A stretch of DNA of 42,503 bases from Nitrospinae bacterium RIFCSPLOWO2_12_39_16. GTDB lineage: Bacteria > Nitrospinota > Nitrospinia > UBA9942. The position numbers and the translations under genes were made by a program. The stretch covers positions 1 to 42,503 of the forward strand of contig MHDO01000149.1 in assembly GCA_001805005.1 (NCBI GenBank). Direction: 5' to 3'. The notes under the pieces were generated by a model. It was not told the origin of the DNA. It did not search any database and worked only from the letters and a program-made list of their open reading frames with translations. Of the stretch, positions 1 through 8,245 are shown one piece after another (the stretch's first letter is position 1; each line of letters begins with the position of its first letter).

Positions 1-1560
1 CCTACATCCGATGGTAAAAACATACTTTATATTTCTACGGCAGGTGGTGATCACAGCGTCTGGATTATGGATATGAATGGCGAAAATGAGAGAAGATTGA
101 CATCAGGAGGGACAGGAGATTGGTTCCCTGCGATGAATCCTGACGGCAAGGAGATTGTATTTGTAAGCACAAGACTTGGCAATGGTGATATATGGACGAT
201 AGATTCAGCAGAAAAGAGATACCACAGATTGACCTATACTGATCTGCCAGAGTTTTCCCCTGCATGGAGTCCTGATGGCTCAAGGGTTGCCTATGTAACC
301 AATCAGGGTGGAGAATTTGATGTCTGGATTATGGATAGGGATGGGAAAAATAAGAGGCGTTTGACAAAAGGGTTATCAGATAAAAATTGGGGGAACAGAT
401 TCTCGGCAATTAAGATAATGGAAACTGCAGGCTATTATCATCTCTCATGGCATCCTGATGGGACAAAGCTCCTTTTTACTGAATGGGAGACTGACACTAA
501 CACTAATCAGGAAAAGACATATATCTCTGTTCTTGAGTTTGATAAAGGAATATTGGATAAAATAGAGGTGGACAGAACACCTATTCCTGAATGGACATTA
601 ATAGGAGAAAAGGAATTAACTGTAGGTGAATGGGAGGATTTTGGGCCAGCCTTTAGTCCAGATGGCGGTTCCATTGCCTTTTCATCCAACAGGAGCGGTA
701 GCTGGGATATATGGAGTATGGAATTCAATGGAGAAAACTTAAGGCAACTTACAAAAGGGGATGATGATGAGTTGGCTCCAGTATATAGTCCCGATGGTAA
801 GGAAATAGCATTTTTGAGAAGCCAGAAGCCAGAAGCCAGAAGCCAGAAGGATGAAACAAATTTTGAAAATCTTCAATCGTCAATCGTCAATCGTCAATAT
901 TCATTGTGGATAATGAAAAGTGGCGGGAGTGGTGCTAGGCAGATTACAAAAGGTATTCCTATTATATCCTATCCTGCGTGGCATCCAAATGGTAGAAAGA
1001 TTGCCTTTGTTGTTAGAGAGGAAGATGGGACTAATATATGGAGTTATGATCTTGAAAATTCTAAAATGCAAAGGCTTATTGTTGCCATGCAGAGCGTAGT
1101 AACAAGTAAAGGCGAGCAACTTCCTTATTCCCCCTTAACAAAGAAGGGAGACGGAGGGTTATCTCTCTATCGCATTGGGTATAATCCTGCTGGTGATAAA
1201 ATCACCTTTGAATCTAATAGCTCTGGAAATATAGAGATATGGACAATGAGAGCTGATGGAACCAATCTTGCCCGTATTACAGAGGGGGATAGTCCTCATT
1301 GGAATCCTATCTGGAGTCCTGATGGGAAGTTCATAGCCTATTCAACCGAAAAGCTGGGAGAGGAGGCAGGACATCATAATTGGCGGAATTATAATATCTG
1401 GGTAGCAAATACAGAGACCCATGAAGAGAGAATAATTACTGGTGAGGAACAGACAGACTGGAATCCTGTGTGGAGTCCTGATGGTAAAAAAATTGCCTAT
1501 GTTACTAACAGGGCGGATGGCTTTAAACATTTCGGTATCTGGATGCTGTATTTGAAATGA
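1..1560 (+). CDS. PD40/TolB-like beta-propeller repeat protein, 5'-truncated by window edge (subfamily A)
   Basis: Frame 1 is open from nt 1 (PTSDGKNILYISTAGG..), so ATG 67 of the ORF track is internal. Repeated blade motifs D[IV]W[IVLM]MDxDGxNxxRLT and [FW]SPDGxxI[AV][FY]. C-terminus EEQTDWNPVWSPDGKKIAYVTNR..IWMLYLK* is shared with the next five genes. Confidence 0.85.
   Translation, partial: PTSDGKNILYISTAGGDHSVWIMDMNGENERRLTSGGTGDWFPAMNPDGKEIVFVSTRLGNGDIWTIDSAEKRYHRLTYTDLPEFSPAWSPDGSRVAYVTNQGGEFDVWIMDRDGKNKRRLTKGLSDKNWGNRFSAIKIMETAGYYHLSWHPDGTKLLFTEWETDTNTNQEKTYISVLEFDKGILDKIEVDRTPIPEWTLIGEKELTVGEWEDFGPAFSPDGGSIAFSSNRSGSWDIWSMEFNGENLRQLTKGDDDELAPVYSPDGKEIAFLRSQKPEARSQKDETNFENLQSSIVNRQYSLWIMKSGGSGARQITKGIPIISYPAWHPNGRKIAFVVREEDGTNIWSYDLENSKMQRLIVAMQSVVTSKGEQLPYSPLTKKGDGGLSLYRIGYNPAGDKITFESNSSGNIEIWTMRADGTNLARITEGDSPHWNPIWSPDGKFIAYSTEKLGEEAGHHNWRNYNIWVANTETHEERIITGEEQTDWNPVWSPDGKKIAYVTNRADGFKHFGIWMLYLK
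821..898 (+). repeat. in-frame heptamer STR pair in PD40 gene 1: (GCCAGAA)x4 821-848, (TCAATCG)x3.7 873-898
   Basis: Read directly. Translates SQKPEARSQKDETNFENLQSSIVNRQ. Confidence 0.9.
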
Positions 1561-1575
1561 AGGAGGATGATTAAA

Positions 1576-3702
1576 ATGAATAAAAAGCTAATATTAACCG
1601 CAGAGACACAGAGGCGCAGAGGAATATTTTTTGTTTTTAAGCCCATTAATGTTTTTCTCCGTGTCTCCGTGCCTCTGTGTTTTTTTCTTACATCTTGCTT
1701 CTTGTTGCCAACACTGTCATATGCACAGGAGCTTCCATATTCTGTCAGGAATATTACTGATGGAGGGCAGGTAGATTTTCATCCTGATTTTAGACCCGAT
1801 GGTAAGGAGCTCGTATTTGCATCCAGGAGTGAAATATCTAAAGACAATAAAGAGTTCTGGAATATCAGCCCCTATCATGTAAATTTATGGCTAATAGATT
1901 CTAATGGTAATAACAGGCGACCACTAACCTCTGGTAAAGTAATAGATTGTTATCCTTCCTTTACCCCTGATGGCGAGAAGATATTGTTTGTCTCAAACAG
2001 GGGAGGGCAGTGGGATATATGGTCTATAAAAACGGATGGCTCAAGCCTTACCCGTCTTACAGATAATCAGGATAAAGATTATTCTCCAAGGGCAACACAG
2101 GATGGAAAACATATTTTATTTTTCAGCACACCAACACATAGTGAAGCAGGTTATATTACAGAGAGTGTCTGGATTATGGATATGGATGGAAAAAATGCAA
2201 GGAGATTGACCTCCGGAGGCAAGGGTGATTGGTATCCATCTATGCATCCTGATGGAACAGAGATTATATTTGCGAGTATGAGACTTATCGGCGGGAGTCT
2301 CTGGACAATAGATATGGAGGGCAGAGATTACAAAAGGTTGACCTATGGGAAGGTATTGGAATTTTTCCCCAACTGGAGTCCTGACGGAACAAAAATCGCT
2401 TATATTTCAAGGAGGGAGCATGCATCCTTTGATACTGTAGGTGATACAAAAAATGACCCTCTTGAGATATGGGTTATGGATAGAGATGGGAGCAATAAAA
2501 GACAGTTAACAAAAAATATATCAGGAGGAATCTGGGATTCAAGATTTAACTTGAGAAAGCCATTAGACTTCATCAGTTATTATCATCTCTCATGGCACCC
2601 TGATGGCACAAAGCTCGCACTGACCACTTGGGAGAAGGAACAAAAGGGGAGTTACATAAGTATAATTGAATTTGATAAAGATACCCTAAATAGACTGCCT
2701 GTCTTGAATGAAGGGCCAGTTCTTCAATACACCCTGCTCGGAGAGAGGGAGCTTACTAAGGGGGAATGGGAGGATTTTGGTCCATCCTTCGGCCCTGATG
2801 GCAATGCGATAGTCTTTTCATCAAACAGAACAGGTAATTGGGATATCTGGAGTATAGGAGCGGATGGTGAAGGATTAAAACAAATAACAAATGAAACTGA
2901 TGATGATATTGCCCCTGTCTTCAGTCCTGATGGAAAGGAGATAGCATTTTTGAGGAGCCAGAAGCCAGAAGCCAGAAGCCAGAAGGATGAAACTGATTTT
3001 AAAAATCTTCAATCTTCAATCTTAAATCTTCAATATGATTTGTGGGTAATGAAGAGTGATGGGAGTGGTATGAGGAAGATTACAAAAAATATTCCTATTT
3101 TATCCTATCCTATATGGCACTCTGACGGTAAAGAGATTGCATTTGTATCAAAAGGAGATGAGGGGATTGGAATATGGAGATATGATGTTAATCGTCATAG
3201 TAGTAAGAAGGTCGCTATTATCTGGAATAGTGAACAAGAAACAGGAAGCAAGAAGCAAGAAGCAGGAAAAGGAAAATATTATCCATTTAATGAACTATTT
3301 CTTTACCGGATTGATTATAACAGGAAGGGTGATAAGCTCACATTTGAATCAAATCTATCAGGTAATGTGGAAATATGGGTAATGCATAGCGATGGAAGCA
3401 ATATGAGTAAGATTACAAGAGGCAATGAACCGCACTGGAATCCCGTTTTTAGTCCGGATGGAAAAATGATAGCTTATGCAACGGAGAAATTTGCCTCAAA
3501 TTTAGGACCTCCTTTCTGGCCTGCCTCTAATTATAATATCTGGCTGACAGATATAAATACAGGAAAAGAAGAAGCACTTACGGCTGAAGAGCAGACAGAT
3601 TGGAATCCTGCATGGAGTCCGGATGGAAAAAAAATCGCCTATGTCACTAACAGGTCAGGCGATTTTAAGCATAATAGTATATGGCTGTTGTATTTGAAAT
3701 AA
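1576..3702 (+). CDS. exported PD40/TolB-like double beta-propeller protein (subfamily A)
   Basis: AGGAGG 1561-1566 lies 9 nt before ATG 1576; ORF-track ATG 1567 abuts the SD and is less likely. Leader MNKKLILTAETQRRRG..VPLCFFLTSCFLLPTLSYA/QE has a charged then hydrophobic segment and an AxA-like site. PD40 blade motifs run throughout. Confidence 0.85.
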   Translation: MNKKLILTAETQRRRGIFFVFKPINVFLRVSVPLCFFLTSCFLLPTLSYAQELPYSVRNITDGGQVDFHPDFRPDGKELVFASRSEISKDNKEFWNISPYHVNLWLIDSNGNNRRPLTSGKVIDCYPSFTPDGEKILFVSNRGGQWDIWSIKTDGSSLTRLTDNQDKDYSPRATQDGKHILFFSTPTHSEAGYITESVWIMDMDGKNARRLTSGGKGDWYPSMHPDGTEIIFASMRLIGGSLWTIDMEGRDYKRLTYGKVLEFFPNWSPDGTKIAYISRREHASFDTVGDTKNDPLEIWVMDRDGSNKRQLTKNISGGIWDSRFNLRKPLDFISYYHLSWHPDGTKLALTTWEKEQKGSYISIIEFDKDTLNRLPVLNEGPVLQYTLLGERELTKGEWEDFGPSFGPDGNAIVFSSNRTGNWDIWSIGADGEGLKQITNETDDDIAPVFSPDGKEIAFLRSQKPEARSQKDETDFKNLQSSILNLQYDLWVMKSDGSGMRKITKNIPILSYPIWHSDGKEIAFVSKGDEGIGIWRYDVNRHSSKKVAIIWNSEQETGSKKQEAGKGKYYPFNELFLYRIDYNRKGDKLTFESNLSGNVEIWVMHSDGSNMSKITRGNEPHWNPVFSPDGKMIAYATEKFASNLGPPFWPASNYNIWLTDINTGKEEALTAEEQTDWNPAWSPDGKKIAYVTNRSGDFKHNSIWLLYLK
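1598..1707. repeat. family-2 leader palindrome (octamer arms) in PD40 gene 2
   Basis: Left arm CCGCAGAGACACAGAGGCGCAGAGG 1598-1622. Right arm TCTCCGTG TCTCCGTG CCTCTGTG 1656-1679 (the complementary octamer family). Then CTTGCTT CTTGTTG 1694-1707. Confidence 0.85.
2957..3034 (+). repeat. in-frame heptamer STR pair in PD40 gene 2: (GCCAGAA)x4 2957-2984, (AATCTTM)x4 3004-3034
   Basis: Read directly. Translates SQKPEARSQKDETDFKNLQSSILNLQ. Homologous position to 821-898. Confidence 0.9.
3234..3275 (+). repeat. in-frame heptamer STR (RCARGAA)x6 in PD40 gene 2
   Basis: ACAAGAA ACAGGAA GCAAGAA GCAAGAA GCAGGAA AAGGAAA. Translates EQETGSKKQEAGKGK. Confidence 0.85.
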
Positions 3703-3715
3703 GGGGGGATTTACC

Positions 3716-5965
3716 ATGAATAGAAAAATCAGAAGACAGAAGATAGAAGTCAGAAGTCAGACCTCTTGCCTCCGCAGGCTAAAGCCTACGGCTACTCATT
3801 GCTCATTGCTCATTGCTCATTGCTTCTTGTTACTCACACTGACACTGACACTTGCACTTAGCGATGTCTTTGCAGCATCAGAGGGAAGGCCTAATCACAT
3901 GTCGGAAGAGATATTGAAAACAAAGAAGGTTGTCGCAGTTCCCGAAGATGTTCAAGTTCCTTACACTGTCAGGAGGGTTACTGATGGCAGTTCTATTGAT
4001 TACCATCCTGAATTCAGCCCTGATGGAAAACAGATTGTGTTTATATCAAAAATAGATAATGTTGAGGCTAAGAAAAAAGGAGAGTTCTGGCACAAGACAC
4101 CTTATTATTTGAATCTATGGCTCATGGATTCGGATGGCAGGAATAAACGGCAATTAACATCCGGAGAATTTCAGGATTTTGCCCCAAAATGGACAGCAGA
4201 CGGGGAAAAGATATTTTTTGTCTCAAATCGCAGAAACGGCAGGTGGGATATATGGTCTGTAGATATAAATGGCTCAAACCTTGCCAGGATTACAGAGACT
4301 GAAGGAAATACAGGTTTATGGGAAAGGTCTCACTATCCTTTCCCTACACCTGATGGCAAAGGGATGGTTTTTATAATCTATAAAAAATCACATGGAAGTG
4401 TATGGTATAAGGATATGGAAAGCGGAAATATAAGGAGAATAACATCAGGAGGTTTTGGAGATGACTTTCCTATGGTTTCCCCTGATGGTAAAGAGATTGT
4501 CTTTAAAAGCACGAGACAGGGCAATGGAGATATATGGTCAATAGACAGCTCGGGGAAAAATTATAGGAGATTGACTTATGAGGATTATCCTGAGTTTTAT
4601 CCTGCATGGAGTCCGGATGGAACAAAGGTTTCTTATATTACAAACAAGGGAGGCGTCTTTGATGTGTGGCTCATGGATAGGGACGGCAGGCATAAAAAGA
4701 AATTGACAAAATATCTGTCAAAGGGGGCATGGGGATTAAGGTTTGATTATAATGACCTCACTGAGGCGGGATATTACCATGTTTCATGGCATCCTGATGG
4801 AACAAAGCTTGCTTTAACTACATGGGAGCCTGATAAAAAAGAGAGTTATTTGACAATGCTTGACTTTGGAAAGGATATTAATAAGGCGGCTGAGGAATTG
4901 CCCGAAGAAAAAGAAACCCTTCCTGAATATACTCTCATTGGAGAGAAAGAACTTACAGGCGGCGGAAATTATGATGATTTTGGTCCATCCTTCAGCCCTG
5001 ATGGTAAAACAATAATCTTTGCTTCCAATAGGAAGGGGAACTGGGATATCTTGAGCATAGGTGTTGATGGTGAAGGATTGCGGCAGATAACAAAAGATGC
5101 AGGTGATGAAGTTGCTCCAGTATATAGCCCTGATGGGAAGGAGATAGCATATCTTAAAGAAGCAAATCCTAAATCCGAAATCCTAAATCCTAAATATGAT
5201 ATCTGGGTAATGAATAGTAACGGGAGCGAGGCAAGGAAGGTTACGAATGGTATTGAGGTGATTTCCTATCCAGCATGGCATTCTGATGGTAAAGAGATTG
5301 CCTTTGTGGTAAAGGGAGATAGCGGACCAGAGATACGATTGCTTTCCCTTGACAAAAGGGGACAATCTCCTCAGGCGGTTGTTTCTATATGGGATACTGA
5401 AAAACCCAATCCTGTGATGTTTCCATTTACAAAGGAGGGAGAGAAAGAGGAATTTACCCCTCAGGAGATAGCAAAGATGAAGGAATTATTCCCGAATATA
5501 AAATTAGGGATGGGTGGATTAACTCCATTTACAAAGGGTGAAACGATTGATGTCCCTTATCCACTGAATGAATTTCTTTATAGAGTTGATTATAGTGCTA
5601 CAGGCGACAGAATTATATTTGAGTCTAATAAGACCGGTAATATTGATATATGGTCGGTAAGGAGGGATGGGACAGAATTGAACCGTATTACTAAAAAGGA
5701 TGGTCCTCATTTGAATCCTGTTTTCAGCCCTGATAATAAAAAGATTGCATATGCCCGCAGAAAATTAGATTTAAGCTCCTATAATGAAGTGAATTATAAT
5801 ATATGGATTGCTGATGCTGAAACAGGTGAAGAGATGCCGATTAATGGAGAGGAGCAGACAGACTGGAATCCTGCTTTCAGTCCTGATGGCAAAAAAATTG
5901 CCTATGTCACCAATCGCTCAGGGGAGTTTAAGCATTATAATATATGGATGCTGTATTTGAAATGA
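3716..5965 (+). CDS. exported PD40/TolB-like double beta-propeller protein (subfamily B)
   Basis: G-run 3703-3708 lies 7 nt before ATG 3716. Leader MNRKIRRQKIEVRSQ..HCSLLIAHCFLLLTLTLTLALSDVFA/AS. Subfamily-B signatures GEFWHKTPYYLNLWLMDSDG and LWERSHYPFPTPDGKGM. Same C-terminal ..NIWMLYLK*. Confidence 0.85.
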   Translation: MNRKIRRQKIEVRSQTSCLRRLKPTATHCSLLIAHCFLLLTLTLTLALSDVFAASEGRPNHMSEEILKTKKVVAVPEDVQVPYTVRRVTDGSSIDYHPEFSPDGKQIVFISKIDNVEAKKKGEFWHKTPYYLNLWLMDSDGRNKRQLTSGEFQDFAPKWTADGEKIFFVSNRRNGRWDIWSVDINGSNLARITETEGNTGLWERSHYPFPTPDGKGMVFIIYKKSHGSVWYKDMESGNIRRITSGGFGDDFPMVSPDGKEIVFKSTRQGNGDIWSIDSSGKNYRRLTYEDYPEFYPAWSPDGTKVSYITNKGGVFDVWLMDRDGRHKKKLTKYLSKGAWGLRFDYNDLTEAGYYHVSWHPDGTKLALTTWEPDKKESYLTMLDFGKDINKAAEELPEEKETLPEYTLIGEKELTGGGNYDDFGPSFSPDGKTIIFASNRKGNWDILSIGVDGEGLRQITKDAGDEVAPVYSPDGKEIAYLKEANPKSEILNPKYDIWVMNSNGSEARKVTNGIEVISYPAWHSDGKEIAFVVKGDSGPEIRLLSLDKRGQSPQAVVSIWDTEKPNPVMFPFTKEGEKEEFTPQEIAKMKELFPNIKLGMGGLTPFTKGETIDVPYPLNEFLYRVDYSATGDRIIFESNKTGNIDIWSVRRDGTELNRITKKDGPHLNPVFSPDNKKIAYARRKLDLSSYNEVNYNIWIADAETGEEMPINGEEQTDWNPAFSPDGKKIAYVTNRSGEFKHYNIWMLYLK
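3730..3860. repeat. family-1 leader cassette, copy in PD40 gene 3
   Basis: Purine arm CAGAAGA CAGAAGA TAGAAGT CAGAAGT 3730-3757. Core hairpin CCGCAGGC-TAAA-GCCTACGG 3772-3791. (CTCATTG)x4 3795-3822. CACTGA-type hexamers to 3860. Confidence 0.9.
5164..5195 (+). repeat. in-frame heptamer STR (AAATCCK)x4.5 in PD40 gene 3
   Basis: AAATCCT AAATCCG AAATCCT AAATCCT AAATA. Translates NPKSEILNPK. Same loop as 821-898. Confidence 0.9.
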
Positions 5966-5980
5966 GGGAGGTTGATTAAA

Positions 5981-8143
5981 ATGAACAAAAACCTAATATT
6001 AACCACAGAGACACAGAGGCGCAGAGGAAAAAACAACTTAAAGAAATCTCTGTGTCTCAGTGCCTCTGTGGCTTTTTCTTGCATCTTGCTTCTTGCATCT
6101 TGCTTCCTGTCACCGACACTGGCACTTGCACTGGAAGAGGAACTTCCATACTCCATCACAGATATTACATCTGGAGAGGCAGTAGATTTTTACCCTGAGT
6201 TCAGCCGTGATGGAAAACAGATTGTTTTCTCCTCTAAGCCATTGGACGGTAGTTATTTCACTGATATGCATCTGTGGATTATGGATGCCGATGGAAATAA
6301 CAGACGGCAGATAACAGATAAGAGTGCGATGTATCTTCAGCCTACCTTTACACCTGATGGAGAAAAGGTTGTTTTTATCTCCAATTTGGAAGATGGACTA
6401 TGGGATATATGGTCAATGAAAATTAACGGTTCAGGGCTTACCCGACTGACAAAGGACAACCAGAAAGAGTTTTTTCCGATTGTTACCTCTGATGGTAAAA
6501 ATGTGATTTTCATAGGAAGATATTTTGGAACGGATAGTGTATTTATTATGGATACTGATGGCAAAAATCTGAAAAGATTGACTTCCGGTGGAAATGGAGA
6601 TTCCTTTCCTGCGGTTTGTCAGGATGGAAAGGATATTATTTTTTCCACAACGAGGCTTGGTAATAGCAATCTCTGGACAATAGACAGAGAAGGGAAGATA
6701 TATAATCGTCTTACCTTTGAAGATACAATAGAGTTTTCACCATCCTGCAGCCCTGATGGAAAAAGGATTGCCTATGTTGCCATAGAGGGAGGGGCTAAGA
6801 CTTATAGCAAGGCACGGAAGGGATTTGAGTTTAAAGAGATATCCTATAGGGAAAGGTCATTTGATATGTGGTTGATGAACAAGGATGGAAGCGGCAGGAG
6901 GCAGATTGCAAGAAATATATTTGAGACGGGACCGAGTATGAGGTTGTTCAAGTCCGTAGATGTTATAGAAGGGATTAACTACTATCACATCTCATGGCAT
7001 CCTGATGGTAAAAAGATGATATTGAGCAGATGGAATAAGGACAAAGCGGGGAGTCGTATCAGTATCTTGTCATTAGATAATGAAGTTGTTGAAAAATTAC
7101 CAATCACCGAAACACCGCTTTCTGAGTATTCTCTTCTCAGTGAAAAAGACCTTACCGGTGGGGATTGGGATGACATCACCCCAAGTTTTGCCCCGGATGG
7201 CAAGGGTATAATATTTGCCTCTAACAGAAATGGCGGGTGGGATATATGGAGGCTTTGGATTGCGGATTGCGGATTGCGGATTGCGGATTGCAAATCAGAG
7301 TTTGATGATGCAAAGCTGGAACAGCTAACAAAAGGGGATGATGATGAGTTGGCTCCAGTATATAGTCCTGATGGCAAAAAGATAGCTTATTTACGAAATA
7401 CGAAAGACGAAATACTAAATACGAAATATGATATATGGTTAATGAAAACTGACGGGAGTAGTGCGAGGCAGGTTACAAATGGGATTTCTGTTCTTTCCTA
7501 CCCTGCATGGAAACCTGATGGGAAAGAGATTGTCTTTGTGTCTGAAGGTAATGAACAAGCCCCTGAAATATGGGGATATAATATCGCTGAGGGGAGTCTT
7601 AAAAATATTGCATCCATTAAGGACGCTTTACTTCTTGGCTCCAGATTAAATAAGAAAACTAATATTGAACTTATCAGTGACAGGCGAAATATAAATACTT
7701 CTAATCCGCTATCAATAGGTGCAGGTGGTATCTATCCATTTAATAAATTTCTTTATCGTATAAATTATAGTCCTCGCGGCGACAGAATTATATTTGAACT
7801 GGATATGAAAGATAGCATAGGTATATGGACTATTAATAGTGATGGTAATGGTCTTACTCCTGTTATGACAGAGGATTCTCTCTACTGGACGCCGGTCTTC
7901 AGCCCGGATGGCAGAAAAATAGCCTATTCAAAAAAGGCAGGTAAACAGTTTGCCCCGATATATTGGACGGATTACAACATCTGGATAGCGGATGTTGATA
8001 GCGGTGAGAAGATGATGATTAATGGGGAAGAGCAGATAGACTGGTTTCCATCATGGAGCCCTGATGGAAAGAAAATAGCTTATGTTACTAATCGTTCGGG
8101 AGATTTCAGCCGCTTTAATATATGGCTGTTGTATTTGAAATAA
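5981..8143 (+). CDS. exported PD40/TolB-like double beta-propeller protein (subfamily A)
   Basis: GGGAGG 5966-5971 lies 9 nt before ATG 5981; the ORF-track start 5972 is TTG. Leader MNKNLILTTETQRRRG..ASCFLSPTLALA/LEEE. PD40 blade motifs. Ends ..FNIWLLYLK*. Confidence 0.85.
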   Translation: MNKNLILTTETQRRRGKNNLKKSLCLSASVAFSCILLLASCFLSPTLALALEEELPYSITDITSGEAVDFYPEFSRDGKQIVFSSKPLDGSYFTDMHLWIMDADGNNRRQITDKSAMYLQPTFTPDGEKVVFISNLEDGLWDIWSMKINGSGLTRLTKDNQKEFFPIVTSDGKNVIFIGRYFGTDSVFIMDTDGKNLKRLTSGGNGDSFPAVCQDGKDIIFSTTRLGNSNLWTIDREGKIYNRLTFEDTIEFSPSCSPDGKRIAYVAIEGGAKTYSKARKGFEFKEISYRERSFDMWLMNKDGSGRRQIARNIFETGPSMRLFKSVDVIEGINYYHISWHPDGKKMILSRWNKDKAGSRISILSLDNEVVEKLPITETPLSEYSLLSEKDLTGGDWDDITPSFAPDGKGIIFASNRNGGWDIWRLWIADCGLRIADCKSEFDDAKLEQLTKGDDDELAPVYSPDGKKIAYLRNTKDEILNTKYDIWLMKTDGSSARQVTNGISVLSYPAWKPDGKEIVFVSEGNEQAPEIWGYNIAEGSLKNIASIKDALLLGSRLNKKTNIELISDRRNINTSNPLSIGAGGIYPFNKFLYRINYSPRGDRIIFELDMKDSIGIWTINSDGNGLTPVMTEDSLYWTPVFSPDGRKIAYSKKAGKQFAPIYWTDYNIWIADVDSGEKMMINGEEQIDWFPSWSPDGKKIAYVTNRSGDFSRFNIWLLYLK
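6003..6112. repeat. family-2 leader palindrome (octamer arms) + heptamers in PD40 gene 4
   Basis: CACAGAGA CACAGAGG CGCAGAGG 6004-6027. TCTCTGTG TCTCAGTG CCTCTGTG 6047-6070. CTTGCAT CTTGCTT CTTGCAT CTTGCTT CCTGTCA 6078-6112. Confidence 0.9.
7257..7291 (+). repeat. perfect (GGATTGC)x5 inside PD40 gene 4
   Basis: Five identical heptamers. Translates (R)LWIADCGLRIADC(K). Confidence 0.95.
7393..7427 (+). repeat. in-frame heptamer STR (ACKAAAK)x5 in PD40 gene 4
   Basis: ACGAAAT ACGAAAG ACGAAAT ACTAAAT ACGAAAT. Translates NTKDEILNTK. Same loop as 821-898. Confidence 0.9.
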
Positions 8144-8151
8144 TTAATGAT

Positions 8152-8227
8152 AGTTTCATTAGTTTTATTAGTTGGATTGGTTAAAAGCAATAAAACTAAT
8201 AAGACCAATGCAACCAATAAAACAAAT
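8152..8227. repeat. intergenic palindrome of 9-mers
   Basis: AGTTTCATT AGTTTTATT AGTTGGATT 8152-8178, facing AAAAGCAAT AAAACTAAT AAGACCAAT GCAACCAAT AAAACAAAT 8183-8227 (AATAAAACT is the reverse complement of AGTTTTATT). Confidence 0.85.
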
Positions 8228-8245
8228 TGAAGGGGAGAATTTACT

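Noticed and set aside
821-898. Cyanobacterial origin inferred from heptamer repeats (STRR-like)
   Set aside because: The heptamer tandem repeats resemble the STRR concept, but the unit sequences differ from those I recall. The gene content (Gsp-type T2SS, multihaem cytochrome, no photosynthesis-related genes) gives no support, so taxonomy is left open.
3137-3382. Nested + strand ORFs in alternative frames (3137-3382, 7461-7649, 12698-12946, 14000-14239, 14705-14932, 17841-18101, 21955-22269, 23797-24033, 27235-27438, 38789-38977)
   Set aside because: They are embedded in, or overlap, longer ORFs with clear domain content. They have no recognisable motifs, and several exist only because STR tracts lack stops in more than one frame.
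3716-3765. Twin-arginine (Tat) signal in leaders reading ..KIRRQK..
   Set aside because: The RR is not in the S/T-R-R-x-F-L-K context and is separated from the hydrophobic segment by ~20 charged or polar residues. It arises from CAGAAGA repeats.
7257-7291. STR clusters as CRISPR arrays (also 821-898, 14784-14825, 29294-29333 and others)
   Set aside because: Units are only 6-9 nt, directly tandem with no unique spacers, and no cas genes are present. They are inconsistent with CRISPR repeat/spacer geometry.
6985-7377. Minus-strand ORFs (e.g. 6985-7377, 8080-8334, 9316-9600, 13945-14295, 19218-19541, 19590-19883, 21489-21854, 34493-34843, 41710-42012)
   Set aside because: All lie antisense within strongly supported + strand genes. 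Their translations are low-complexity mirror images of WD40/PD40 repeats or STRs, they have no SD, and several duplicate each other only because the sense repeats do.
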